From positions 1 through 64,000 of IMG/VR virus record IMGVR_UViG_3300042988_001121: a DNA stretch of 64,000 bases; one strand, written 5' to 3'. The notes under the pieces are model-generated. The model searched no databases, was not told where the DNA came from, and saw only the letters and a list, made by a program, of their open reading frames with translations. The position numbers were made by a program, and so were the translations under genes. Below are positions 54,881 to 64,000 of the stretch, piece after piece; position 1 is the first letter of the stretch, and every line of letters starts with the position of its first letter. This DNA is from a virus.

Positions 54881-56434
54881 ATGATAAGTTGTAATGAGTG
54901 TGGTTCAACCAATTTGATCAAGAAGGGTACGTACACAACGGCATCCGGTGATTTCAAACAAAGATATAAATGCAATAACTGCGGCAGTCCTTTACGAGTG
55001 TCCAGCGAAAAGTTTTCAGAAGAAACAGAGATTGCGGTCGATTCGATCTACGATGAACCTACAAATGCAGGAATCAAGCGATATGTGATTACCTCGGTTC
55101 AGAATAACTCTGATATCAATGAAGATTTTCTTTCTAGCCTTGATACATACTGCTCTTATAATGAGGCACAGTTGATGATCGTTCCGTTTGTCTATAACGG
55201 AGAGGGAACCATTGTTGAATATAATGTGAGTCCAAGGCACCGAGAATGCTTCGTCAATTCTCGCGTCAAACTACATGATGAACTGTTTGTGATGGGGCAT
55301 TTCAATTTCTCGCCTACCACAGTCAACCCATTTGCTGGAATGGAGCCAATTTCAAAGGGAAATTCTCTGATCATTCCATCACCTCAGTTGCGAATGAAGT
55401 CTCTGGCAATGTCATCGAATCAACATCCAGCAATCTTGATTACAACAGGTGCAATCAGCGTCCCTAACTATTTGCCATCAAAGACAGGTGAACGCGCCTC
55501 GTTTAATCATTCATTCTCTGCGGTTGTGGTTGAAATTGATTCTGATAACGATTATCATATTCGTGTTCTGAATGCCGATATCACTGGCGGGTTCTATGAT
55601 CTAGATGCATACTATACCCCCTATGGTGAAGTTTCAACCAATAATAACATCACATGTCTTGTTACGGGCGATGAACATGCTATCTTTGCTTGTCCTGATG
55701 TTGAGAGCGCAACATATACTGCCGCAGACTCGATTGTTAATATTTTGAATCCAAAGGTTGTTGTTCGTCATGATCTATTGGACTGCTATTCTGTGAGCCA
55801 TCATCACCGGAAAGATTCTATTCTCTCTGTTGGTAAGTACCTATATGGAAATAACAGCATTCAAAGTGAATTGGATGCTACAATAGATTATCTTGAGCGC
55901 ACGACAGGAGATTTTGATAACGTTATCGTTTCATCGAATCACAACGATCATTTGACCAAGTGGCTCAAGGAAGTTGACATTAAATCAGAGCCTTGGAATG
56001 CATTGTTGTATCATCAACTGATGTACCTTACTCTTGCGAGTATTGAGAAGACCGATGTTGGTATCAGCTATGCAAACCCATTTGAAACATATTTCCGCGA
56101 TTCAGAGGTATCAAATACAACGAATGTCAAGTTTCTTGGTAGAGACGAGTCATTCACCGTACATGGGATTGAACTGAATGCGCATGGTGATGTTGGTGTG
56201 AATGGTTCTCGTAGTAGCCTTGCTCAGTATTCCAATCTGGCTCAGAAATATGTGATTGGTCATTCGCATACACCGGGAATTATTTGGGGTGCATATCAAG
56301 TAGGAACCAGTTCTCGCTTGAAATTAGAGTATAATCGGGGACCGTCTAGCTGGATGAATACGCACTGTATCATTCACGAAAACGGAAAACGTCAGCTTAT
56401 TAACATTATTAACGGAAAGTGGAGAGCTAAATGA
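54881..56434 (+). CDS. T5 A1-like metallophosphoesterase/nuclease with N-terminal Zn ribbon
   Basis: CNECGS..KKG..QRYKCNNCG; VTGDEH, RHD..D, SNHNDH, HGD.G.NG.R, VIGHSHTP, AYQVGTS..L.YN.GPSSW, NGKRQL. Confidence 0.7.
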   Translation: MISCNECGSTNLIKKGTYTTASGDFKQRYKCNNCGSPLRVSSEKFSEETEIAVDSIYDEPTNAGIKRYVITSVQNNSDINEDFLSSLDTYCSYNEAQLMIVPFVYNGEGTIVEYNVSPRHRECFVNSRVKLHDELFVMGHFNFSPTTVNPFAGMEPISKGNSLIIPSPQLRMKSLAMSSNQHPAILITTGAISVPNYLPSKTGERASFNHSFSAVVVEIDSDNDYHIRVLNADITGGFYDLDAYYTPYGEVSTNNNITCLVTGDEHAIFACPDVESATYTAADSIVNILNPKVVVRHDLLDCYSVSHHHRKDSILSVGKYLYGNNSIQSELDATIDYLERTTGDFDNVIVSSNHNDHLTKWLKEVDIKSEPWNALLYHQLMYLTLASIEKTDVGISYANPFETYFRDSEVSNTTNVKFLGRDESFTVHGIELNAHGDVGVNGSRSSLAQYSNLAQKYVIGHSHTPGIIWGAYQVGTSSRLKLEYNRGPSSWMNTHCIIHENGKRQLINIINGKWRAK

Positions 56435-56631
56435 AAGTCGAAACCAATCAGCGATTCGTTTCAAAGAAAACCGGAAACAACATTCTGGTCAAGAAAGTTT
56501 TCCGAACCGGAACTAATCGCAAACATGATATTGTGGTTGTGGTTGATGTTCAGCGAGGTGTCGGGAAAATTGAGACTGCCCGTATTATGGAGTCTGATAG
56601 TATTCGTCGTCGTTACCGTGAAATTTTGTGA
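56431..56631 (+). CDS. Hypothetical protein
   Basis: 66-aa basic ORF, ATGA overlap. Confidence 0.55.
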   Translation: MKVETNQRFVSKKTGNNILVKKVFRTGTNRKHDIVVVVDVQRGVGKIETARIMESDSIRRRYREIL

Positions 56632-56640
56632 AGGAAAATA

Positions 56641-57270
56641 ATGAAAGCAGATGCAGAAGAAGTTGAAATCGTTGAAATTCTGAATCAGGCGCAACAAAGC
56701 GGGATGATTCGAGTCAATAAACAGGTCATTACTCAATATAACGTTTTTCTGGATCGACAGATCGGAGCACCTTCTGAGTATCGTGATCTGATCAATGCTC
56801 TATATAACGCAGGGGAAGGCGATATTTTCAATATCGTTATTAATTCTCCGGGCGGTTATCTGAGTTCAGCAATGGCGATTATTGAGGCAATCAATAACAC
56901 AGAAGCATTGGTTCGTGCTATCATGGTCGGGGAGTGTCACTCTGCTGCCAGTCTGATTGCCCTGAAGTGTCATGAAATTGTTTTGGGTCAATACTCTCAT
57001 ATGATGTGTCATACCGCTGATTATGTCAGTGGCGGAAACACACATAATGTTCAGGCTCATGCAAACTTTAGTACATCATATATCAATCGAATCATTGATG
57101 ATGTTTATAAAGACTTCCTGACAGAGACTGAGTTGAGTGATTTGCGTAAGGGAGCCGAAGTTTGGCTAGATTATGATGAACTAGAAAAGCGAATGCTGAA
57201 ACGACAGGAACTGTTAGTGAAGGCAGCAAAAGAAGAAGCCAAAATACCGAACAAAGGTAAAAAGGCTTAA
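56641..57270 (+). CDS. ClpP-like serine protease
   Basis: INSPGG, GECHSAAS.I (catalytic Ser), MMCH (His). Confidence 0.85.
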   Translation: MKADAEEVEIVEILNQAQQSGMIRVNKQVITQYNVFLDRQIGAPSEYRDLINALYNAGEGDIFNIVINSPGGYLSSAMAIIEAINNTEALVRAIMVGECHSAASLIALKCHEIVLGQYSHMMCHTADYVSGGNTHNVQAHANFSTSYINRIIDDVYKDFLTETELSDLRKGAEVWLDYDELEKRMLKRQELLVKAAKEEAKIPNKGKKA

Positions 57271-57274
57271 AAAG

Positions 57275-57300
57275 AATGGCAAGTGACCCTTGCCATTTTT
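57275..57300 (+). terminator. Rho-independent terminator, followed by extended -10 box TGaTATAAT (57307-57315)
   Basis: AATGGCAAG-TGACC-CTTGCCATT-TTT. Confidence 0.8.
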
Positions 57301-57321
57301 ATTTTGTGATATAATTTTGTT

Positions 57322-59028
57322 ATGACAAAAATTCTACGTGAACAACATATCATTGATGCATACAATTTTCTTGGATTCTCTCCCCGAGATTCTCAGATGA
57401 AGATTGTTGATAACATCGTTCATTCCTTTCTTGATAAGAAGAAAAGGAATGTTATTCTATCTGCGCCAACAGGATCAGGTAAATCTATTATCGCGGCAGT
57501 GGTCGCAAGAGTTCTGGATACCATAACTAATGGTAATGGTCAGTCTGCTATTTTCATGTCCAGTACCAACGCGCTTGTAAACCAATACGCGGATACATTC
57601 AATCATCACAACGAATCTGAGTTCTTCCGTATCAAGGGAGCCTCAAATTATCCTTGCAACTATTTCATTAGTAAGGGCAATACGACTGCAACAGGAGAAG
57701 AATGCGCCAAGAATGATCTTGATGTTATGGAGCAGACTCATTTCTGTAATAAATGCTCATATGACAAGGCAAAGGGGCTTGCAAAGACAACGAACAACCT
57801 GATCACAAATTATGCGTTGTTCATGACTTCTGCGACCACGAATCGAACCCATTGCTCTCGTAATCTTCAGGTGTTTGATGAAGCGCATTTGATCAATGAT
57901 GTTTATTGTGAGTTTGTTGCTGTTACCATTGATGTGACGAATTTGGATGCTATCATCAAAATTTTGAACAATCTGGCATCAAAATTTTCTTCTCATGTTG
58001 ATGCCATTCAAGGTATTCGCGCAGAGATACAAAACCAGATGGTTACGGATAGTAACTATATCAAATTCTTTGATCGAGCAAGAAGTATATTTACAGAAAC
58101 TGCAAAGGAAGCCGCAAGACTTGCTGATCTACATACGGATGTAAGAGAGAAAGCCAGATATTTGAAAATCTCTAAGCGAGTCGCAAACATCGCTCACAAA
58201 ATCAAAGAGTTTCTTAAAAACGATTACGAACATGTTTTTGATAACTCTACTGTTGGTATAGTAAGTGTTAAACCGATTTTCGTTTCAGAAATGATGGAAG
58301 CCTTGTTAGGTAAATACAACCTGTTTATGTCAGCAACACTTTCAGTTGATTTTGCTGCAACGACAATGAATCTCGATCCAGACGAAACGGATTATATTGA
58401 TGTTGGGGTAGTATTTCCGCCAGAGAATCTTCCGCTGTTCTTTGTTGGTACAACTGCCCTGAATTATCATCAGATGCAGATGCCCGAGACTTTCGTGAAC
58501 CTTGGTAAATTGTGTGCCAATATCATTGCTTCACATGGAAACGACAAAGGAATCATTTTGACGCCTTCCTTTGCTGTTACGAAGAAGATTGTTGACAACC
58601 TCGGTCGGTTTAAGAGCATATATTCGAAAAACTCCGATGTTAAGATATTCGAACATCAGTCAGGTAAGCAGGCATCAGAGATAGTCACTGAATTCAAAGA
58701 ATATGAGGGCGCAGCGGTTCTGTTGTCGCCTTCTATCTTTGAGGGAATTGATTTTGCTGATGATCATAGTCGGTATCAGATCATCCTAAAAACACCTTTC
58801 GCGAGCCTTGGTGACAAGAGAATGTCAAAGATCGCAAAAGATTACCCTGAAATATATCGTTCAATTGGTCTACTTAAAATTATTCAGGGCATCGGTAGAA
58901 GTGTTCGCAGTAGCACAGATACCGCCGCTACATATTTCACTGACAAGAGCAGTGAAACATTGTATAATTCTAAACTGAACATCTGGAAAAATCGATTTAG
59001 TGTCCAGTACAGTAGTTCAACTCGTTAA
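57322..59028 (+). CDS. DinG/XPD-like SF2 helicase
   Basis: R.SQ Q-motif, SAPTGSGKS, four Cys (possible Fe-S cluster), FDEAH, MSATL, EGIDF..D.SR.QII.K.PF, QG.GR.VRS. Confidence 0.9.
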   Translation: MTKILREQHIIDAYNFLGFSPRDSQMKIVDNIVHSFLDKKKRNVILSAPTGSGKSIIAAVVARVLDTITNGNGQSAIFMSSTNALVNQYADTFNHHNESEFFRIKGASNYPCNYFISKGNTTATGEECAKNDLDVMEQTHFCNKCSYDKAKGLAKTTNNLITNYALFMTSATTNRTHCSRNLQVFDEAHLINDVYCEFVAVTIDVTNLDAIIKILNNLASKFSSHVDAIQGIRAEIQNQMVTDSNYIKFFDRARSIFTETAKEAARLADLHTDVREKARYLKISKRVANIAHKIKEFLKNDYEHVFDNSTVGIVSVKPIFVSEMMEALLGKYNLFMSATLSVDFAATTMNLDPDETDYIDVGVVFPPENLPLFFVGTTALNYHQMQMPETFVNLGKLCANIIASHGNDKGIILTPSFAVTKKIVDNLGRFKSIYSKNSDVKIFEHQSGKQASEIVTEFKEYEGAAVLLSPSIFEGIDFADDHSRYQIILKTPFASLGDKRMSKIAKDYPEIYRSIGLLKIIQGIGRSVRSSTDTAATYFTDKSSETLYNSKLNIWKNRFSVQYSSSTR

Positions 59029-59037
59029 AGGAAAAAC

Positions 59038-59415
59038 ATGACAAATGAAAAATTCGTATACCAAACTGATACGACAGGAGTGGTTTACTCTACACCAACG
59101 ACTGGAATCAATTACGGTATTCCGAAACCCGTTATCACAGCCCCGGTTATCAACACAAAAATAGAATTGCGAACCGAGGCGCGTAAACACAATCATTATT
59201 TCAAAGATGTGTCGAAGCTACAAACAATTGATGTTTATCGTGTATTGTCTCTATTCAATGTGACCGATCCGTGTATTCAACATGCAGTAAAGAAATTGCT
59301 TGTTGCTGGCGGTCGCGGCGCAGGAAAAGATATCAAGCGCGATATCAAAGAGGCAATCGATACATTGAGCCGTTGGGTAGAAATGCAGGGCGAAAATGAA
59401 TCACGTAATGGTTGA
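59038..59415 (+). CDS. Conserved phage protein (DUF3310-like C-terminal half)
   Basis: HYFKDV..L..IDVYRVL.LF.VTDPC.QHAVKKLL.AG.RG.KD...DI.EA. Confidence 0.7.
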   Translation: MTNEKFVYQTDTTGVVYSTPTTGINYGIPKPVITAPVINTKIELRTEARKHNHYFKDVSKLQTIDVYRVLSLFNVTDPCIQHAVKKLLVAGGRGAGKDIKRDIKEAIDTLSRWVEMQGENESRNG

Positions 59416-59917
59416 TATCGAAACAATGGACGTAGTACCAACTGCTGCCATTGTCTCAATCGGTGCTGTCAAATTTGACACTAATACAGGTGAGTTAGGT
59501 GAAACTTTTAAAGTCAACCTAGATATCACGGAACAAAAGAAACTTGGGTTATCTTTCAGTAACTCTACTGTTGAATGGTGGAAAGAACAGCCGCCAGAAG
59601 TATGGAAGGGAATTCGTGAGAATTCCGTTTCGATCACAGAAGGTATGGAACGTTTCAAAAATTTCTGTGGAAAATCTGAGTTCTATTGGGGTAATGGCGC
59701 TGGTTTCGACATGCCAATTATTCGTAATGCGTGTCATGTTATTGGTATGGAACCTTGGTGGAAATACTATAATCTTATGTGTTATCGAACCCTAATCAAT
59801 CTTCATGGGTTGGATAACAAAAAACTCTCGGCAGGTCGAGAAGGATACCACGACTCTGTTTCTGATGCTATTTTTCAGGCAGAGACTTTATTGAAAATTA
59901 TGAAAGGTGAACTGTAA
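59396..59917 (+). CDS. DEDD 3'-5' exonuclease
   Basis: VMVDIETM, SIGAV.F, EWW..Q, WGNGAGFD, CYRT, H.S.SDA..QA. Confidence 0.88.
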   Translation: MNHVMVDIETMDVVPTAAIVSIGAVKFDTNTGELGETFKVNLDITEQKKLGLSFSNSTVEWWKEQPPEVWKGIRENSVSITEGMERFKNFCGKSEFYWGNGAGFDMPIIRNACHVIGMEPWWKYYNLMCYRTLINLHGLDNKKLSAGREGYHDSVSDAIFQAETLLKIMKGEL

Positions 59918-60366
59918 TGACAAATTTTGATCGCGTATCTAGTTGGTTGGAAACCGCTGGTAAAGAGCGCAACCAAACAAACTTCTCTGTTCAATGTGGT
60001 GTTCACATCGAAGAATTCTGTGAATTCCTAACTGAGATTGATGTTCAGGATACTGTATCTAACGATCAATTGGTTACAGCAATTGCTGTTCTTTCTACGG
60101 TTGCGAATCGTTTGAAGAAAGAAGGCGCACAGGTTGATATTAGAAATCGTCTGAATCTGTTAGATGCCCTTTGTGACACTGATGTTACTGGTAATGGCGT
60201 TGCATATTTCGCTGGTTTCAATAAGAACGGCGCGGATAAGGAAGTGCTAGATTCCAATGACAGTAAATTTGAAGATGGTAAGGCTGTCATTCTTCCGGGC
60301 GGTAAAATCGGCAAGGGGAAAAATTATAAAGCGCCTGACCTAACAAATTTTGTTTGGTTGGAATGA
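59917..60366 (+). CDS. MazG-like/PRA-PH NTP pyrophosphohydrolase
   Basis: EE..E, LDALCD..V...G, EV..SN.SK, GKI.KG.NY..PDL. Confidence 0.8.
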   Translation: MTNFDRVSSWLETAGKERNQTNFSVQCGVHIEEFCEFLTEIDVQDTVSNDQLVTAIAVLSTVANRLKKEGAQVDIRNRLNLLDALCDTDVTGNGVAYFAGFNKNGADKEVLDSNDSKFEDGKAVILPGGKIGKGKNYKAPDLTNFVWLE

Positions 60367-60386
60367 TTCTGTGATATAATTCATTC

Positions 60387-60614
60387 ATGGAAAAAATTCT
60401 CTCACAAATTCTGTATCTTCACGATCCTTGCAACATTGCTTATGCCGAGGATGAATATGATGTTATTGCGAGGATGACTCTTTGTGTGATGTTCAAACGT
60501 CGCATTAAATTGTCTGCCGCGTTCAAGAACGTGGTGAGAAAATATGTCTATAAAGGCATAGAAGTTAAAAACATGGATAAAGTAGATGCAGAGTTTTATT
60601 CAATTTGTAAATGA
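60387..60614 (+). CDS. Hypothetical protein
   Basis: DP......EDEYD motif; preceded by TGaTATAAT at 60372-60380. Confidence 0.6.
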   Translation: MEKILSQILYLHDPCNIAYAEDEYDVIARMTLCVMFKRRIKLSAAFKNVVRKYVYKGIEVKNMDKVDAEFYSICK

Positions 60615-60951
60615 AGCCAACCTCAATAAACTGTATATCAATGGATGGACAGTTTATTCTTATGGTCACTCAAAGGATCGCTCAAATGAGCGTAGAAATG
60701 AATTTGAATACCCTGAATGGAAACATTTACATAACAAGGCAACTGAATACATCAACAAAAATAAACTTGATGACGGTGAACATCTTTTCTATTCTAGGCT
60801 GAAGCGGCAGGGGTATGTCGCTCGACTTGCGAACAAGAATAGGCAGTTACATTTGATTACTGTCTTACCTGAAGGTAGTTCAAGAGCAAAAGAAGGGACG
60901 CAAAAACACATCATTGAGTCCAAAGAGTATGATATAATCATCGTTGATTAA
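60586..60951 (+). CDS. Hypothetical protein
   Basis: MQSF.QF.NEA N-terminus (T4 capsid-targeting-like); 121 aa. Confidence 0.6.
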   Translation: MQSFIQFVNEANLNKLYINGWTVYSYGHSKDRSNERRNEFEYPEWKHLHNKATEYINKNKLDDGEHLFYSRLKRQGYVARLANKNRQLHLITVLPEGSSRAKEGTQKHIIESKEYDIIIVD

Positions 60952-60956
60952 CAAAT

Positions 60957-61033
60957 GCGCCTGTAGCTCAGTTGGACAGAGCAACAGCCTTCTAAGCTGT
61001 GGGTCAGAGGTTCGAATCCTCTCAGGCGCACCA
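60957..61033 (+). tRNA. tRNA-Arg (TCT)
   Basis: GCGCCTG/CAGGCGC acceptor stem, ACAGC-CTTCTAA-GCTGT anticodon arm, GGTTCGAATCC, encoded CCA. Confidence 0.96.
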
Positions 61034-61059
61034 ATTTTAGTAATGAAAGTGAGTGAAAT

Positions 61060-61719
61060 ATGCAATTGAGCAAACAAACCATTGAAGTCCTTAAAAACTT
61101 CGCCTCTATTAACCAGAACATTCTGATCCGTGCTGGCAACAAACTGACAACTCGGACAGTTGCTAAGAATATCTATGTAGAGGCAACTGTTCCTGATACA
61201 TTTGAACAGGAATTTGGTATCTATAATCTGAGCGAGTTTCTTGGTATCACTACTCTGTTTAGTGAGCCTGTATTTGAGTTGTCAGATTCCTGTGTCTATA
61301 TCTCTCAGGGAAAGAATCGAGTTCAATACATGTTCGCTTCACCAGAAGTTTTGGACTATCCCGATAAACCGATTCCTACTCTGGAAACCGATGCCCAATT
61401 CTTGATGAATGAGGATGTTCTTAAGAGTCTGTTGAAGGCAGGCGCAGTTTTATCTAGTACAGACCTGCGTATTACTGGTGCAGATGGTATTATCACTTGT
61501 ACTGTTCTTGATCCAAAGAATCCTAGTAGTAATACATTCAGTGTCGAAGTCGGTACAACTGATCGAACATTTGACGTTTATATTAAACTGTCGAACCTGA
61601 AAATGCCAGCGGGTTCATATGATGTTCTTTTGACAAGCAAGCGGGTTGCCAATTTCAAGAACACTGCAATGGATTATTCTATCTTCATTGCAAACGAGAA
61701 AAATACTAGCTGGTCTTGA
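61060..61719 (+). CDS. 45: Sliding clamp gp45
   Basis: LS..TI..LKNFA.INQ.I, FGIY.LSEFL, ..FASP, ...V..K..NLK...G.Y.V, IA.EK. Confidence 0.95.
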   Translation: MQLSKQTIEVLKNFASINQNILIRAGNKLTTRTVAKNIYVEATVPDTFEQEFGIYNLSEFLGITTLFSEPVFELSDSCVYISQGKNRVQYMFASPEVLDYPDKPIPTLETDAQFLMNEDVLKSLLKAGAVLSSTDLRITGADGIITCTVLDPKNPSSNTFSVEVGTTDRTFDVYIKLSNLKMPAGSYDVLLTSKRVANFKNTAMDYSIFIANEKNTSWS

Positions 61720-61724
61720 TTCTC

Positions 61725-61799
61725 TCGGGGATAGCTCAATGGTAGAGCAGGGAACTCATAATTCCTTGGTTGTCGGTTCGAGTCCGGCTCCCCGAACCA
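61725..61799 (+). tRNA. tRNA with CAT anticodon, probably Ile2 (lysidine type) or elongator Met
   Basis: TCGGGGA/TCCCCGA acceptor stem, GGGAA-CTCATAA-TTCCT arm, GGTTCGAGTCC, CCA; lacks initiator features; GCAGG..ACTCATAAT..CTTGGT resembles bacterial tRNA-Ile2. Confidence 0.9.
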
Positions 61800-61812
61800 A
61801 TAAGGTTTAATT

Positions 61813-62748
61813 ATGTTAGAAAATTTAGTTTGGGAACAAAAGTACCGTCCCAAAAAAATTGATGATGTTATTCTTCCGGCAACTACAAAGAAGATGATTA
61901 AGGATTCCATTACTTCTGGTAAGGTTCCTAATTTTTTATTTGCTGGTTCTGCTGGAACAGGGAAGACGACAACTGCATATGCGATTGCAAATGAGTTGGG
62001 CGCAGACATTCTGTTCATCAATGCTAGTCTTGAGGGAAACATGGATACTTTGCGAACAAAGATTTCGCAGTTTGTTAGTACAGTTTCTTTCACGGACTCC
62101 AAGAAGGTTGTGTTATTGGACGAGTGTGATTATCTGTCAACCTCTGGTGTGATGCCAGCTTTGCGCGGATTTCTTGATACATTTAGTGACAACGCTATTT
62201 TCATCTTTACTTGTAACTATCCGAATCGTCTGATTGACCCTCTGTTGTCTCGCTTGACTCGCGTAGATTTCAAATTCAGTAAAGAAGAAACTCAACCTGC
62301 CTGTGTTGGTATGTTGCGCCGTATTTGTCAGATTCTGGAAACAGAATCAGTTGAATATGACAAGAAAGCTGTTGCTTCTTTGGTAACAAGAAACTTTCCT
62401 GATTTTCGCCGTACTCTTGTTGATCTTCAGCGTTATTCAGCCGGTGGTGTGATTGATAGTGGGATTCTTGCTACAATCGATGAAACCGGAATAGATACAC
62501 TTGTGGATCACTTGCGTAACAAGAAATTCACTGAAGTGCGCCAGTGGATCGCAAATAACACAATGGATGCACAACACTTTTATCGGCTGTTCTATGATAA
62601 GGTTTCACCATATCTGGTTCCGATGAGTGTTCCTCAGATGATTTTGTTGATCGCTGATTCTGAATTCAAGGCTTCTCATAGTGTTGACCCCGAGATTAAC
62701 CAAGTTGCTTTCTGTATTCAGTTCATGCAAAGCTGTGCATTCAAATGA
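61813..62748 (+). CDS. 44: Clamp loader large subunit gp44
   Basis: W.QKYRP..IDD.ILP, GSAGTGKTT.A, INAS, LDECD, LRGF, FIFTCNY, PL.SR, FPDFRR....LQRY. Confidence 0.97.
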   Translation: MLENLVWEQKYRPKKIDDVILPATTKKMIKDSITSGKVPNFLFAGSAGTGKTTTAYAIANELGADILFINASLEGNMDTLRTKISQFVSTVSFTDSKKVVLLDECDYLSTSGVMPALRGFLDTFSDNAIFIFTCNYPNRLIDPLLSRLTRVDFKFSKEETQPACVGMLRRICQILETESVEYDKKAVASLVTRNFPDFRRTLVDLQRYSAGGVIDSGILATIDETGIDTLVDHLRNKKFTEVRQWIANNTMDAQHFYRLFYDKVSPYLVPMSVPQMILLIADSEFKASHSVDPEINQVAFCIQFMQSCAFK

Positions 62749-63158
62749 GTAGCCCATTTGACTATATCAAGTCAGTGACTCAGACAAAGGAAGACCTGTT
62801 CACGAATGACGAGATATTCAAGAAAGAATATAACGCATTTATTGTGAACCGAGGTCTTTCTAATTCAGAGACAACTGCTCTATTTGCTGATGCAATGAAT
62901 CAACATCCTAATCTTGATCCATATCTTCAATATAAATTCTATTTGACCGGAATACCTAAAAGTAGAAATTATTCAAAATGGATTAAAAAAGAAGCGATAA
63001 ATAAAGATGAAAATGAATTACAATTTATCGCAGAACAATTAAATGTATCCATAAAAAGGGCTTTAATTCTCCATGACCTAATTGGGTCAGAAAAGATTAA
63101 AGAATTGATTGACCTGCGAGGTGGCAAGGCAATCAATAATGGAAAACAAAAAATTTGA
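62745..63158 (+). CDS. 62: Clamp loader small subunit gp62
   Basis: SPFDY.KS....K, Y..FIVNR.LS, ..A..MN, QY.FY...I.K..R..KW.K. Confidence 0.92.
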   Translation: MSSPFDYIKSVTQTKEDLFTNDEIFKKEYNAFIVNRGLSNSETTALFADAMNQHPNLDPYLQYKFYLTGIPKSRNYSKWIKKEAINKDENELQFIAEQLNVSIKRALILHDLIGSEKIKELIDLRGGKAINNGKQKI

Positions 63159-63546
63159 AGATATCGGAGTACCTGTTAAACTTGGTAAGCCAGATGATTT
63201 TAATATTCTGATCGAAACGCTGTCTCGTATCGGTATCGCATCAAAGAAGACAAAGACTCTTTATCAGAGTTGTCATCTTCTGCATAAGAGGGGTGAATAT
63301 AGAATCGTTCACTTCCTTGAAATGTTTGCTCTTGATGGAAAACCGACTTCTCTGACAGAAGATGATATTAAAAGAAGAAACACTATTGCCAAACTGATTG
63401 ATCAATGGAAATTGGCAACTGTATTGGACAAGACGCTGATTGAAACTGCGCCAGTTACTGATATCAAGATCGTTCCGTTCAAAGAGAAAAAAGAATGGAC
63501 ACTGATCAGTAAATACACATTGGGTACAAAGAAACGTACTCACTAG
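63139..63546 (+). CDS. regA: Translational repressor RegA
   Basis: PDDF....ETL.RIGIAS...K.LYQSCH.LHK.G.Y.IVHF.E.FALDG, RRN.IA.L..QW, FKEK.EW.L..KY..G. Confidence 0.96.
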   Translation: MENKKFEDIGVPVKLGKPDDFNILIETLSRIGIASKKTKTLYQSCHLLHKRGEYRIVHFLEMFALDGKPTSLTEDDIKRRNTIAKLIDQWKLATVLDKTLIETAPVTDIKIVPFKEKKEWTLISKYTLGTKKRTH

Positions 63547-63625
63547 AATTTGCTGCAATTGTGTAGCAAATACGATGATGCTTCGGGTCATCGGTTAATT
63601 TTAAACTTGCTTTATGGAGTTAAAA

Positions 63626-64000
63626 ATGTCAAAAATCAATTTCGCCACAGTTTTCCCTGATTATGTTGGTGGGCAACGCCTACTGGACAAGATCAATGAA
63701 TTCTATGATGATGCAAAGAAAGCCACTTCCTTTCCGCCATATAACATCATTGAATCCGATGATGGTATGAAGTACACAGTTGAATTGGCTGTTGCTGGCT
63801 ATAACAAGGATGAGTTACAGGTGAAGTATCAGGACAACAGTCTGATCATCACTGGTAACAAGGTGCAAACAACACTGTCGGTAACTGATACCGAAACTTA
63901 TTTGCATCGTGGTATCGCTTCACGCGACTTTACTCGAAAATTCTTGTTGGGCGATGATATCGTCATCGACTCGGTTAAGGTTGATAACGGGATTCTTACT
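63626..64000 (+). CDS. Small heat-shock protein Hsp20 (3'-truncated by window; not in ORF track)
   Basis: FPPYNII, Y.VELAVAGY.KDEL.V, L.ITG, YLHRGIA.R.F.R.F.L, .V.NG.L.; SD GGAG. Confidence 0.93.
   Translation, partial: MSKINFATVFPDYVGGQRLLDKINEFYDDAKKATSFPPYNIIESDDGMKYTVELAVAGYNKDELQVKYQDNSLIITGNKVQTTLSVTDTETYLHRGIASRDFTRKFLLGDDIVIDSVKVDNGILT

Noticed and set aside
61725-61799. Initiator tRNA-fMet
   Set aside because: It has a paired 1-72 position and lacks the three consecutive G-C pairs at the base of the anticodon stem.

Overview
A 64-kb segment of a T4-like (gp23/gp18/gp20-type) myovirus genome, almost entirely + strand. Left to right: (1) tail fibre/adhesin region with three 7-bladed RCC1-repeat proteins interleaved with a methyltransferase, a TPR-glycosyltransferase, two sulfotransferases and a 2OG-Fe(II) oxygenase-like gene; (2) a long hub/tape-measure-like gene, then neck genes gp13/14/15 interrupted by a membrane-protein/holin/lysozyme cassette, then gp16 with no gp17 behind it, followed instead by a Dps and a cluster of probable head-internal proteins; (3) core morphogenesis genes gp18-19-20-21-22-23, with a LAGLIDADG intein in the gp21 protease; (4) a minus-strand Hef-like endonuclease, gp3, and an ~850-bp non-coding region holding an extensively base-paired minus-strand RNA candidate plus a 32-bp repeat; (5) uvsY, uvsW, primase, intein-containing nrdA, a frameshifted HNH gene and nrdB; (6) early cassettes bounded by five copies of one promoter element, including RNA ligase, PNK and an IS200/IS605 end-like relic; (7) gp32 with a gene-32-type pseudoknot leader, thyX, phoH, a T5 A1-like gene, ClpP-like protease, DinG-like helicase, exonuclease, two tRNAs, gp45-44-62, regA and a partial hsp20. 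All assignments come from motif recognition and manual base-pairing; no searches or folding programs were run.
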